In this document: in pieces, positions 28,466 to 37,610 of the stretch | Numbering within the stretch: position 1 is the first letter of the stretch | Layout: each line of letters starts with the position of its first letter | NCBI GenBank assembly: GCA_965197935.1 | Contig: CBDAOD010000002.1 | Location: 1,809,185 to 1,873,184, forward strand | Direction of reading: 5' to 3' | DNA length: 64,000 nucleotides | Source of the DNA: Vicinamibacterales bacterium | GTDB taxonomy: Bacteria; Acidobacteriota; Vicinamibacteria; Vicinamibacterales; CAZQMT01 | Made by a program: the position numbers and the translations under genes | The notes under the pieces: generated by a model | The model's database searches: none | What the model was told of the DNA's origin: nothing | The model's input: only the letters and a program-made list of their open reading frames with translations

Positions 28466-29152
28466 ATGCTCTCTAGATTGCATACTGCTGGGTGCTGGCT
28501 CGCCGCCAGCGCGTTGACCATCGTGGCCGCCTCGGCGTGCCGGACCGCCGGTGTCGAACCGGGCGTGGCATCTGGTGTCGAAACCGACCCGCGGATCGTG
28601 CAGCCGGGAGTCCCGGGGGAGCCGGGTCGAGTGATCGGCGTTGACGAGGCGGTCGATCTCTCGCGGGTCCAGCACACGGCGGCCGACGTGCGATTCATGC
28701 AGGGGATGATCGGCCATCACGCGCAGGCGCTGGAGATGGCCGCCCTGATGCCCTCTCGGACGCGCCGGCAGGACATGCGGCTACTGGGCCAGCGGATCGA
28801 CGTGTCGCAGGCGGACGAGATCAATATGATGCTGGACTGGCTGAAGATTCGCGGCCAGGAGGTCCCGAGCTTGGACGCGCACCACGCGCACGGCGCGATG
28901 CTGATGCCGGGCATGCTCACCGCGGAGGAAATGGATCGTCTGGCGGCGGCGACGGGCACCGAGTTCGTTCGGCTCTTCCTCGAGTTCATGATCAAGCATC
29001 ATGAGGGGGCCCTGCTCATGGTGGAGGAGCTCTTCGCCAGCCCAGGCGCGGGTCAGGAGACGGAGATCTTCGCGTTCTCGGCCGACGTGGATGCCGATCA
29101 ACGCATGGAGATCGACCGGATGCGTGCGATGCTAGGCTCGATCCAAAGATAA
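28466..29152 (+). CDS. DUF305-family (ferritin-like four-helix) exported protein
   Basis: Duplicated F...MI.HH.GA motif (FMQGMIGHHAQALEM and FMIKHHEGALLM). Signal/lipobox-like N-terminus. Confidence 0.8.
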   Translation: MLSRLHTAGCWLAASALTIVAASACRTAGVEPGVASGVETDPRIVQPGVPGEPGRVIGVDEAVDLSRVQHTAADVRFMQGMIGHHAQALEMAALMPSRTRRQDMRLLGQRIDVSQADEINMMLDWLKIRGQEVPSLDAHHAHGAMLMPGMLTAEEMDRLAAATGTEFVRLFLEFMIKHHEGALLMVEELFASPGAGQETEIFAFSADVDADQRMEIDRMRAMLGSIQR

Positions 29153-29208
29153 TCATCGACCCGCTGGCAGGTTCGTCGGCGGCCGCTCTCCCAACAACGA
29201 GGTCCAAC

Positions 29209-31194
29209 ATGACACCCGAAGCGGTCACTCCTCGGAGCAACGGCGGAGGCTCGACGCCTCCCGCCTGGGTCCTGTGCGCATCGGTGGCGCTCCTGATTGC
29301 GGCGAGCCAGGGACGCGCACAGGAACGCGCCGCGGCCACGACCCCGGTCGATCCCCGGGTCGGGCTCAGCGCCGGCCTCCGGGACGCGGGGGAGGCGATC
29401 CACAACCTCGAGCTCGTCGAGAGTCTCCCCAAGCCGGAAGGGTTCTTCGACCCCGAGTCTCCGGCGGGCTATCCCACGCCGCCGGAAAAGACGGAAGAAG
29501 AAAAGAAGGCAGAGGAAAAGGAGGCGGAAGAAGCGAAGGCAGAAGCGGAGAAGTCCACACCCTCGGATGGAGCGGAATCGGCGTCGGCCGAACCGGAGAA
29601 ACCCGAGCGGCCGTCACGTCCGAGCTTCTCGAACACCGACCTCGCCTTCAGCGGCGACCATCTCTTCATTGGCAGCTACCACGGGTTCAACACCTACAAC
29701 ATGGAGGATCCGCGGAGCCTCCAGCTCCTGACGTCCGTGGTTTGCCCGGGCGGCCAGGGTGACGTGTCCGTCTACGGCAATCTGTTGTTCATGTCGGTCC
29801 AGGAGACGCGAGGCCGGCTCGACTGCGGCACGGGGGGAGTCGAGGAGACGGTGAGTCCCGAGCGCTTCCGCGGCGTGCGCATCCTCGACATCAGCGACCT
29901 GCGTAACCCGAAGCAGGTGGCTGCCGTGCAGACCTGCCGGGGGTCGCATACACATTCCCTGGTCACCGACCCGAACGACGAGACGGTCCTGTACGTCTAC
30001 AATTCTGGCACGAGCGCGGTGCGGCCGGGCGAGGAGCTCGAGGGATGCTCCGATCTGGAGCCCGACGAAGACGAGGACACCGCGCTCTTCAGCATCGATG
30101 TGATCCGGGTGCCCCTCGCCGCACCGGAGACCGCGCGGATCGTCAATCGGCCGCGCATCTTTGCCGACGCGACGACCGCCAGCATCGCGGGGCTCTGGCA
30201 GGGTGGAGACCACGGTCCGGGGACGCAGACCACGCGGCTGACCAACCAATGTCATGACCTCACCGTCTTCCCCGAGATCGGTCTGGCGGCGGGGGCGTGC
30301 GCGGGGAACGGCATCCTCCTGGACATCTCCGACCCGGTGAATCCCGTCCGGCTCGATCAGGTCGTCGACGAGAACTTTGCCTACTGGCACTCGGCCACGT
30401 TCAACAACGACGGCTCGAAGGTGATCTTCACCGACGAGTGGGGCGGCGGCTCGCGCCCCCGCTGTCGGGAGACCGACCTGCCGACGTGGGGAGCCGACGC
30501 GATCTTCGACATCGTCGACCGCGAGCTGCACTTCCGCAGCTACTACAAGATGCCCGCGCCGCAGACCGAGGTGGAGAACTGTGTGGCCCACAACGGCTCG
30601 TTCATCCCGGTGCCGGGGCGCGACATCATGGCCCAGGCGTGGTATCAGGGCGGGATGTCGGTGTTCGATTTCACGGACTCGGCGAACCCGGTGGAGATCG
30701 CGTTCTTCGACCGCGGTCCGCTCGACTCCACCCAGCTGATCACGGGCGGGTACTGGTCGACCTACTGGTACAACGGCTACATCTACGGTACCGAGATCGC
30801 TCGCGGGATCGACGTGTTCAGGCTGACGCCCAGCGAGCATCTGTCGCAGAACGAAATCGACGCCGCGACCGAGGTGCGCTACGAGGAGTTCAATGCGCAG
30901 CAGCAGCCGCGAGTGACGTGGCCGGCCAGCTCTGCGGTGGCGCGTGCGTATCTCGACCAGCTCGCACGTAGCGATGGCATCCTGCCCGAGCGCGCGGGCG
31001 CCGTGCGGGTCGCGCTCGACCGTATCGACCGGGTCGGGAGCCGGGCCGAGGACGGGGCCGCCGCCGCGATACGCGAGCTCGAGACGCTGGCGAGCGCGGT
31101 CGAGGAGAACGCCGGCGCGGCGGAGGGGCGCGATGCGGCTCGCCTGCGGTCACTCGCGGAAACTCTCGCGGGACGCGCGGTCGCGCTGCGCTGA
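29209..31194 (+). CDS. LVIVD-repeat beta-propeller protein with acidic/Lys-rich linker
   Basis: Repeats of the type GVRILDISDLRNP, GILLDISDPVNP, MSVFDFTDSANP and GIDVFRL. Low-complexity EEKKAEEKEAEEAKAEAEK segment. A C-terminal helical domain. Confidence 0.65.
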   Translation: MTPEAVTPRSNGGGSTPPAWVLCASVALLIAASQGRAQERAAATTPVDPRVGLSAGLRDAGEAIHNLELVESLPKPEGFFDPESPAGYPTPPEKTEEEKKAEEKEAEEAKAEAEKSTPSDGAESASAEPEKPERPSRPSFSNTDLAFSGDHLFIGSYHGFNTYNMEDPRSLQLLTSVVCPGGQGDVSVYGNLLFMSVQETRGRLDCGTGGVEETVSPERFRGVRILDISDLRNPKQVAAVQTCRGSHTHSLVTDPNDETVLYVYNSGTSAVRPGEELEGCSDLEPDEDEDTALFSIDVIRVPLAAPETARIVNRPRIFADATTASIAGLWQGGDHGPGTQTTRLTNQCHDLTVFPEIGLAAGACAGNGILLDISDPVNPVRLDQVVDENFAYWHSATFNNDGSKVIFTDEWGGGSRPRCRETDLPTWGADAIFDIVDRELHFRSYYKMPAPQTEVENCVAHNGSFIPVPGRDIMAQAWYQGGMSVFDFTDSANPVEIAFFDRGPLDSTQLITGGYWSTYWYNGYIYGTEIARGIDVFRLTPSEHLSQNEIDAATEVRYEEFNAQQQPRVTWPASSAVARAYLDQLARSDGILPERAGAVRVALDRIDRVGSRAEDGAAAAIRELETLASAVEENAGAAEGRDAARLRSLAETLAGRAVALR

Positions 31195-31332
31195 TCGGCG
31201 CGTCGCGCCACGGGCCGGCGTGCGAGGACGCCAGAGCCGATCTCGGCGGCGGGCCAGACAGGCGGCGTTCGTCCGTCTGACGGCATCGAGGCCAACCGAT
31301 GATCGCGCCGAGCCCGCCGAGACCGGGCGCGA

Positions 31333-32100
31333 TCAGCGCACGGCGACCAGCGCCGGCGAGTCGAACACGGCATCCGGCAGGTCGTTCGTGACGACGATGT
31401 CCGTCATCCGGATCGCGATCGTTCCATCCAGAGCCTCCCGGATTGTCGACATCATCAAGCCGTTGTACTCCTCCCACCCCTTCCACCGGAACTCACCTTC
31501 GGCTCCTCGCCCCAGTCGGTACTTCCATCGATCGACTAGGTGCGTCTCCGGGTTGACATACACCCACCCAGAACTCGTCTCCCGACGTATCGATGTCCTC
31601 GAAGCTCAGATGCAAGGTGTCGTACGTGATTCCGTCGAGCGTGTCCCGTCCGTCGTGCCGGAGGGTCACGTGGGGATCCCGGAGCTTGTACGGCGCCAGG
31701 AGCCAGTAGGTCTCGCCCTTCCAGACCCGGAACGCTCGGTTGAGATACTCGTCGAGGATCTCGCCCTGGAGAGGCCGCCCGCCAGGTACGCATGACCCTG
31801 CTTCGTGTTCACGTTCATCAGGACGACATAGGGCCGTCCGTCCTCGGCCGTGGCGTCGAGACGAGACCGACCCGACCACTTGTCCCACGTGAGTTTCAAC
31901 GCGGTCTCGCCACGCAGGAACGTGAAGCGAATATAGCGGGTCCCCTCCCACGCGTCTCGGCCGCCGAGCGCCGTCAAGGCCAGGTCGGCGATCTCGGCAG
32001 CCTTCCGCGCCGAGGCCGTGGACTGCGCTGCGGCGCCCGTGGTGGCGACCAGGAGCGCCGCCAGAACGAACGCGGTGGGGCCAGCCGATGAACGCTCCAT
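31333..32100 (-). pseudogene. secreted conserved hypothetical protein broken into three frames
   Basis: A signal peptide ORF (from ATG 32100, RBS GAGGA) continues sensibly in a second frame at about 31800 (..GHAYLAGG|RPLQGEILDEYL..) and a third frame at about 31560 (..GDEFWVG|VYVNPETHL..). Confidence 0.6.
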
Positions 32101-32167
32101 GCTGTGTGTCCTCAGGCGACCGGGCACAATCCTGGTCAGAAAGGCCCTCACTACCCCGGTGCTCGTC

Positions 32168-33100
32168 CTATTGCTCGATGGGGACCTCTTGGTCGTTGCC
32201 CCACTCCTGCCAGGAGCCATCGTAGTTACCAAGGCTGTCATAACCCAGAAGACGAAGCGTTAGGTACGTCACCGACGACCTCTGACCGGTCTGTCAGTAC
32301 GCGTGGAGTCGCTTGTCTCTGGTGATGCCTGCCGATGTGTAGATCTCGGTTAGCTCGGCTGGTGGCTTGAAGACCGGCACCTCTCCTTCGGTGAAGTTCT
32401 CCCGCCAGTCGATGTTGATGGCTCCGGGGATATGGCCGCCCCGTGCGGACCGGACGCTCTCACCCCGGTGCTCTTCCGGAGAGCGCGCGTCGACCATCGC
32501 CACGTCCTCCCGACCGAGGTCCGCCAGGAGGCTCTGCTTCGTGGAGAGCCTGTCCGGCCGAGGCTCGACGGTGAACGTCACGGGAGTGATGTCTGGCGTT
32601 TCGGTTCTGACGTCGCGTCCCTCCGCCTCCCACTTGGTGAAGCCGCCGTCGAGCACCGAGACGTTGGGATGACCGTAGTATTCGAGCGTCCAGAAGACTC
32701 TCGGCGCCGCCGTGCTCCGTCCCTCGTCGTGGACGATCACGTGAGCGGTCTCGTCGATTCCCCCGGCGCCGAAGAGGGCGGCGATGTGATCCGGCCGTCC
32801 GACGATGCTCCCCAACTCCTCCGGGTCGAACGTGGCGGCGCGTGGGATGTTCACCGCCCCGGGAACGTGTCCGGCCTGATACGCCTCCGCGTCGCGAGTA
32901 TCCACGATACGCACGTCGGTGTCGTCGAGATGGGCGGCCAGCCATTCGGTCTCGACCAGCAGGCCGGGATTGGCGAAGCGTATCGGTTGTGCCTCGGACA
33001 CCGGAGCGGGCACTTGCTCGGGGCGACAGCCTCCGGAAACGAGCGCCAGCGGCATCACCACCGCTGGCAGTATCCACGCCACCCGTCTAGCCTCCACCAT
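32168..33100 (-). CDS. two-domain rhodanese (thiosulfate/3-mercaptopyruvate sulfurtransferase-like) lipoprotein with in-frame TGA at the catalytic position; candidate selenoprotein or fresh nonsense pseudogene
   Basis: RBS GAGGAGG before ATG 33100 and lipobox LVSGGC. The N-terminal domain is inactive (HDEGRS). The C-terminal domain reads ...[52 protein letters not shown]. The TGA (32296-32294) sits at the C of CxxGxR(S/T). Confidence 0.6.
32262..32281 (-). promoter_or_regulatory. candidate bacterial SECIS apical hairpin
   Basis: The mRNA reads AGGUCGUC-GGU-GACG(U)ACCU, starting 12 nt after the UGA. It has an 8-bp stem, one bulged U and a G/U-containing loop. Confidence 0.4.
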
Positions 33101-33406
33101 TGATCCTCCTCGAGGGACGACAAGATGGATTCTACCAGGAAGACAGAAAGACGCGTGCTCTTTGGGCGGGCGCCAAGGAGGGGTCCAACAGCCGGCATCG
33201 CCGGGTGCGTCGTCTGCTATGCTCATGGCAAGCTCCGTCGCAAGATCGAAGCTCGCGTCCTGGAAAAATCAGTCTTCGCAACCGAGGGCCATTGTTCCAA
33301 GCACGCAGATCGTGTCGCCCTGATTGCCGCAGTCGTGAGTTTCGGAGGGCGCGATGCCCGATCCTGAGAATCGGCATCGGCCGCGAAGCGGCCGGAAAGG
33401 CCCGGG

Positions 33407-33951
33407 ATGGGCGTGAAGGCGCCTGAGCGGGTGGCGACCCCGAGGCTGATCCTGCGACGGCCTCGTCGCCAAGATACAGAAGCGTCCTCGCCCGATACGC
33501 GAGTGACGCCGACGTGACCCGCCTTCTCGGCTGGCCTCGGCATGAGTCAGCGAACGCGACGCGTGCGTTCGTGGACTTCAGCGACGCGGAATGGACGCGC
33601 TGGCCGGCGGGGCCTTATCTGGTGGAGTCCGGCGAGGATGGCAGCTTGCTCGGCAGTACGGGCTTCGGGTTCGAGACGGCCTACCGGGCCGCGACAGGGT
33701 ATGTGCTCGCGAAGGACGCGTGGGGGAAGGGCTATGCCACGGAGGCATTGGCGGCCGTCATCGATATCGCGCGTGGTGTCGACCTCGTCCGACTCTATGC
33801 CCTGTGCCACCTCGAGAACCCCGCCTCGTGGCGCGTACTCGAGAAATGTGGATTCGCTCGTGAGGGGATCTTGCGGCGGCACTCCGTGTTCCCCAACCTG
33901 AGAACGGTCGGCCCGTGCGACGTAGTGTGCTATGGGTTGGTTTTGAAGTGA
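33407..33951 (+). pseudogene. GNAT (RimJ/RimL-like) acetyltransferase with one frameshift
   Basis: Frame 1 reads MGVKAPERVATPRLILRRPRRQDTEA. Frame 2 reads SVLARYASDADVTRLLGWPRHE... through the GNAT core. The break is at about 33478-33484. Confidence 0.6.
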
Positions 33952-34021
33952 GGCGGCCCACGACCGGGCAGCGCCGCCGCGCGTTGGCAAGACATCACAC
34001 AGCCATGGCGGAGAGCCACGA

Positions 34022-34215
34022 ATGCCAGAGGTTGACGCCGCGTCGGAGATCGTGATCGCCTGCCCGCGTGGCGCGCTATGCTGCCGACCCCGACAACGTC
34101 CCGGACTGGCACGTGAACATCAAGTCCGTCGAATGGAGGACACCCCGACCCGCCATCGTCGGATCGCGGATTGCGTTCGTGGCCCACTTCCTGGGGCGCC
34201 GTTTGGAGGGCGTTG
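34022..34215 (+). pseudogene. SRPBCC (polyketide cyclase/START-like) gene remnant, frameshifted and 3'-truncated
   Basis: MPEVDAASEIVIA.. continues in another frame as RYAADPDNVPDWHVNIKSVEWRTPRPAIVGSRIAFVAHFLGRRL. Similarity is then lost next to the IS6 remnant. Confidence 0.45.
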
Positions 34216-34269
34216 TCAACTTGAGGCGGAGGTGCACACGTCGTCCAAGGTGGCGCCGCTTCTGCGGGT

Positions 34270-34485
34270 TCAGCAGGGACACGTCACCGCATCCCAGTCG
34301 GCGCACGCTCGCGTGCGGAGGAGGCGGTGATCAGCGGCCCGCAGCAAGTGGCGACCGACCCTGAGGAGATTCTGAACGACGCCGTGGACTGACCCGAAAC
34401 GTTGAAGGTGGCCGGCGGACTTGAAGCGGCGCATCTGGCGCTCACGCTGGCGGGTCGGCTGATGTGAGACTTCGGCGCGGTTGTT
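34270..34485 (-). pseudogene. C-terminal fragment (71 codons) of an IS6-family transposase
   Basis: NNRAEVSHQPTRQRERQMRRFKSAGHLQRFGSVHGVVQNLLRVGRHLL matches the conserved IS6-type C-terminus as I remember it. It is cut off by the IS256-like left end at 34487. Confidence 0.6.
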
Positions 34486-34590
34486 CGGAGGGTGAGCGAA
34501 ACTTAGTTGGAAATTGAAACGGCTCCCACACCCTGTGGTTTGATGACGTTAAGCAAAACGGCCATCAACCCACGAGAGAAAGGAGCCGAG

Positions 34591-35870
34591 ATGAGCAGTG
34601 TCCTACGTCCTGTCAGGAAGCGCAAGAAGGGTCGCAAGCTGGGCCGGGTCGAGGTCATCCGGCGCGAGGACTACACCGCGCTGGAGCTGGACGCCAAGGT
34701 GGAGCTGATCCGCTCGCTGGTCCCGCTGGGCTTGATGCACGTGGAGGAGGTGCTCGACGAGGAGGTAACGGCGCTGGCTGGCGAGCGCTACGCCCGCAAG
34801 GCCGCGTCGATCGGGGGCCGCCGGCACGGTAGCAACCCTGGGACCGTCGGCCTGGCGGGGCAGCGGGTGCCGATTCGGGTGCCGCGGGTGCGCGGGGTCG
34901 CGGGGCGGGAGATTCCGTTGCGCGCCTACGAGGCGTTGCATGGCGACGGCGCGGTGAATGACCTCCTGCTGAAGCGCGGGCTCTATGGGATCTCGTGTCG
35001 CAACTACGAGGCGGCCGCCGAGGCGATTCCCGGCGCGATCGGGCTGTCGGGGTCGACGGTGTCCCGAGGCTTCATCGAGGCCAGCGCCGCGAAGCTTCAC
35101 GAGCTCCAGGAGCGGGACCTGGCCGCTGAGGACGTCGTGGCCATCGTATTGGACGGCAAGACGTTCGCCGAGGCCACAATGGTCATCGCACTGGGCATCA
35201 CCATTTCTGGGGCGAAACACTTCCTCGGCTTCGTGGAGACGGACACGGAGAATGAGCGGGTGCTGACGCTGTGCTTGCGGTCGTTGGTCGAGCGGGGCTG
35301 GACCTCTCGCAGGGCCTGCTGGTGATCCTCGACGGCAGCAAGGGGCTGCGGGCAGCCGTCCGGAAGACCTTCCGCCACCGCGCCCTGGTCCAACGGTGCC
35401 AGTGGCACAAGCGGGAGAACGTGGTGAGTCACCTGGCCAAGAGCGAACTGGCGGCGTGGCGTCAGCGCCTCCAGCGCGCCTACAACCGGCCGGAGTACGA
35501 CGAGGCCCTCACGGCGCTCAAGACGCTCCAGGGCGAGCTCGACGAACGGAACCAGTCGGCGGCTCGGAGCTTGACAGAAGGTCTGGACGAAACCTTAACG
35601 CTGCATCGCCTCGGGCTGTACGGGGTGCTGGGCCGGTCGCTGAAGACGACGAACTGTCTGGAGTCGGTCAATGCGCTCGTTGAGGAACGCTGTGCGAAGG
35701 TTGACCACTGGCAGAACTCGAGCCAACGCCACCGCTGGCTGGCGACCGCGCTCCTGGACATCGAGCCGCGCCTGCGGAAGCTGATGGGCTACCGCCACCT
35801 GCCCACGCTTCGTGCCGCGTTGAAGCAAGAACTGAAGATCGACACGACGACATCGAAGAAGGCCGCATGA
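34591..35870 (+). pseudogene. IS256-family (mutator-type) transposase, one frameshift in a G4 run
   Basis: RBS AAAGGAG before the ATG. LDGKTF...DG.KGL...VQRCQWHKRENV signature. The frame changes at GAGCGGGGCTGG (35294-35297), where one extra G would restore ..VERGLDLSQGLLVILDG.. Confidence 0.8.
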
Positions 35871-35897
35871 CGAATCCGGAGCCGTAGAGAGTTTCAA

Positions 35898-36055
35898 TTG
35901 AGTCTCCCTCGCCTGAAGGCGAGGGAATCAGTGCGCCGCGTCGGCTGAAGCCGACTATCACGGCGCACGTCCCAGAGCCCGAAGAGGTCCGGCCCTGCGG
36001 CCTCCTGAAGGCTTCGCCTAAAGGCGAGGGGTTTCACCCATCCCAGAGGGAGACT
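35898..36055 (-). mobile_element. 158-bp TSD-less, CTTAG-specific non-autonomous element (copy 1)
   Basis: Absent from the otherwise identical right end of IS256 copy 2 (GTTTCAA|CTAAG). 100% identical to 58440-58597 and 62992-63149. Confidence 0.85.
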
Positions 36056-36075
36056 CTAAGAATGGGCTTGACTCG

Positions 36076-37332
36076 CTCGAGGCCTTCAAGGCGTGCTTCG
36101 GCCATCGCGCACAGGAGCTGGCGTTGCGCCGGTACGTCCAGGGGTTGCTCAGCGACAGCCCGCGCAAGTCGATGGAAGCGATGCTGGCGCGGGGGACCGA
36201 TCCCTGGGGCTATCAAGCGTTCCAACACTTCATCACCGATGCGCCGTGGAGTGCCGACGGCGTCTGGCGCTGCCTGCGGGCGGTGCTGCCCGAACGCGAA
36301 GGGCTGGTGATCTTCGCTGGCACGAGTTTCCCCAAGCCAGGGACGTCCTCGGTCGGGGTGGCCCGCCAGTACTGTGGGGCCGTGGGGAAAGTCGCCAATG
36401 GCCAAGTGGCGGTCACCGCGGCGCCGTGGACCGGGCTGCGCGCCTACTTGCTGGGGGCCGCGCTCTATGTGCCCGAGGCGTGGCTGACCGACGCCGCCCG
36501 CGATCGGGCGCGGCTTCCCCGGGGTGTCCGGTTGCAGGCGAAGTGGCGCCAAGCGCTCACCCTGCTCCGGCAGGTGCGCGCCAGCGGCCTCACCGGCACC
36601 GGCGTGCTGGCCGATGCGGAGTTTGGCGATACCGGCCTGTTTCGGGCCATGTGGCATCGGTTGCGGCTCCCCTATGCGGTGGGGATTTCCTCGTCGCAGA
36701 CCGTGTTCCTGGGGCGGCCGCGCCTCGGGCACCGGCGGGGCGGCCGGCTGGGGCGCCCGCGCACCCGGCCAGACCTGGCGGCGGGCGTGCGGGCGTACAC
36801 GGTGGCCCAGGCCGCCAAGGCGCAGCCGCGGTGGCGGCCCATCAGCTGGCGCAACCGCCGCGGCGGGCGCCGCTGGACGGTCCAGTGTGTGGCCCTGCGG
36901 GTGACCCCGGCCCACGACTGGCGCGACCGCCGGCTCGCCCCCGAGGTGTGGCTGCTGGCCGAACGCGACACGGGCGCGACGCCGCGGACCAAATACTTCT
37001 TCGTCAACCTGCCGGCCACCACCTCCTGGCCGCAGCTCGTCCGACTCGCGCATCAGCGGTGGGCCATCGAGCAGCAGTTCCAAGAGTTGAAGCCCCACCT
37101 CGGGTTGGATCACTTCGAAGGCCGCACGTTCCCGGGCTGGCACCATCACGTCGTGCTCACCGCCGTGACGTACAACTTCCTGCAGGCCGAGCGGCGGCGG
37201 CACCTCGCCGGGCTCACCTTTCCAGTGGCCCGCGCGATCGTGCAGGAAATCTTCACCGCGTACCTCTTTGCTCCACGGCCGTTCTACCTGAACCGCATCG
37301 AGGCGCTAAAGTCGGTGCAATTGCGGATCTAA
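36076..37332 (+). pseudogene. IS701-like (IS4 superfamily) DDE transposase, 5'-truncated
   Basis: LEAFKACFGHRAQELALRRYVQGLLSDSPRKS... through to HQRWAIEQQFQELKPHLGLDHFEGRTFPGWHHH (IS701-type C-terminal motif). The reading frame is open up to the IS256 boundary with no start codon. Confidence 0.7.
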
Positions 37333-37610
37333 CAAAGTAGTACTAGCTGGGTGTCAAGTGCCGGCTAGGGCTAGAGCCGTTCCCCTACCATCGGCGCGAA
37401 GTAGTCGTACAATACACCCTTTCACAACGGCGTCCTGGCTACTCCGTCATCCGCGACGCTCTGGCCATTGCGACACGTCTGCGCCGCCCTGCGATAGTCG
37501 TGGTGAAGCCTGTCCCTACCGGAAACCCGATCGGCATGGGAAGGGCCTCAGATTGCGTACGAGGAGCGTCGCCAACCCGCGGCTCCCAGTCCCCTCAGTC
37601 CGGGGCGCCA

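Larger units (their letters stand above)
34487..36074 (+). mobile_element. IS256-family element, copy 1 (1430 bp plus a 158-bp nested insertion in its right end)
   Basis: Sequence is shared with 58420-60006. Ends carry inverted CTTAGTTG(G)AAA...ACGGCTCC motifs. No matching target duplication, and the flanks are two different IS fragments. Confidence 0.75.

Noticed and set aside
35898-36055. CRISPR-like or REP-like interpretation of the repeated 158-bp and 160-bp sequences
   Set aside because: The copies are dispersed tens of kb apart, not arrayed with spacers. They are far longer than CRISPR repeats and have defined insertion junctions. No cas genes are present.
35898-36055. Model in which the 158-bp element is a 157-bp TIR element (GAGTCTCCC...GGGAGACTC) with a target duplication
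   Set aside because: The empty sites read CTTAGTTG while the filled sites read CTTA[GAGTC...GACTC]AATTG. No placement of a duplication reproduces this. Only insertion of 158 bp between CTTAG and TTG does.
37333-37610. Possible small RNA or tRNA in the 280-bp gap between the IS701-like gene and IS630
   Set aside because: No cloverleaf-compatible arms or conserved T-loop (GTTCGAAT-like) were seen. It is more likely the untranslated right end of the IS701-like element.
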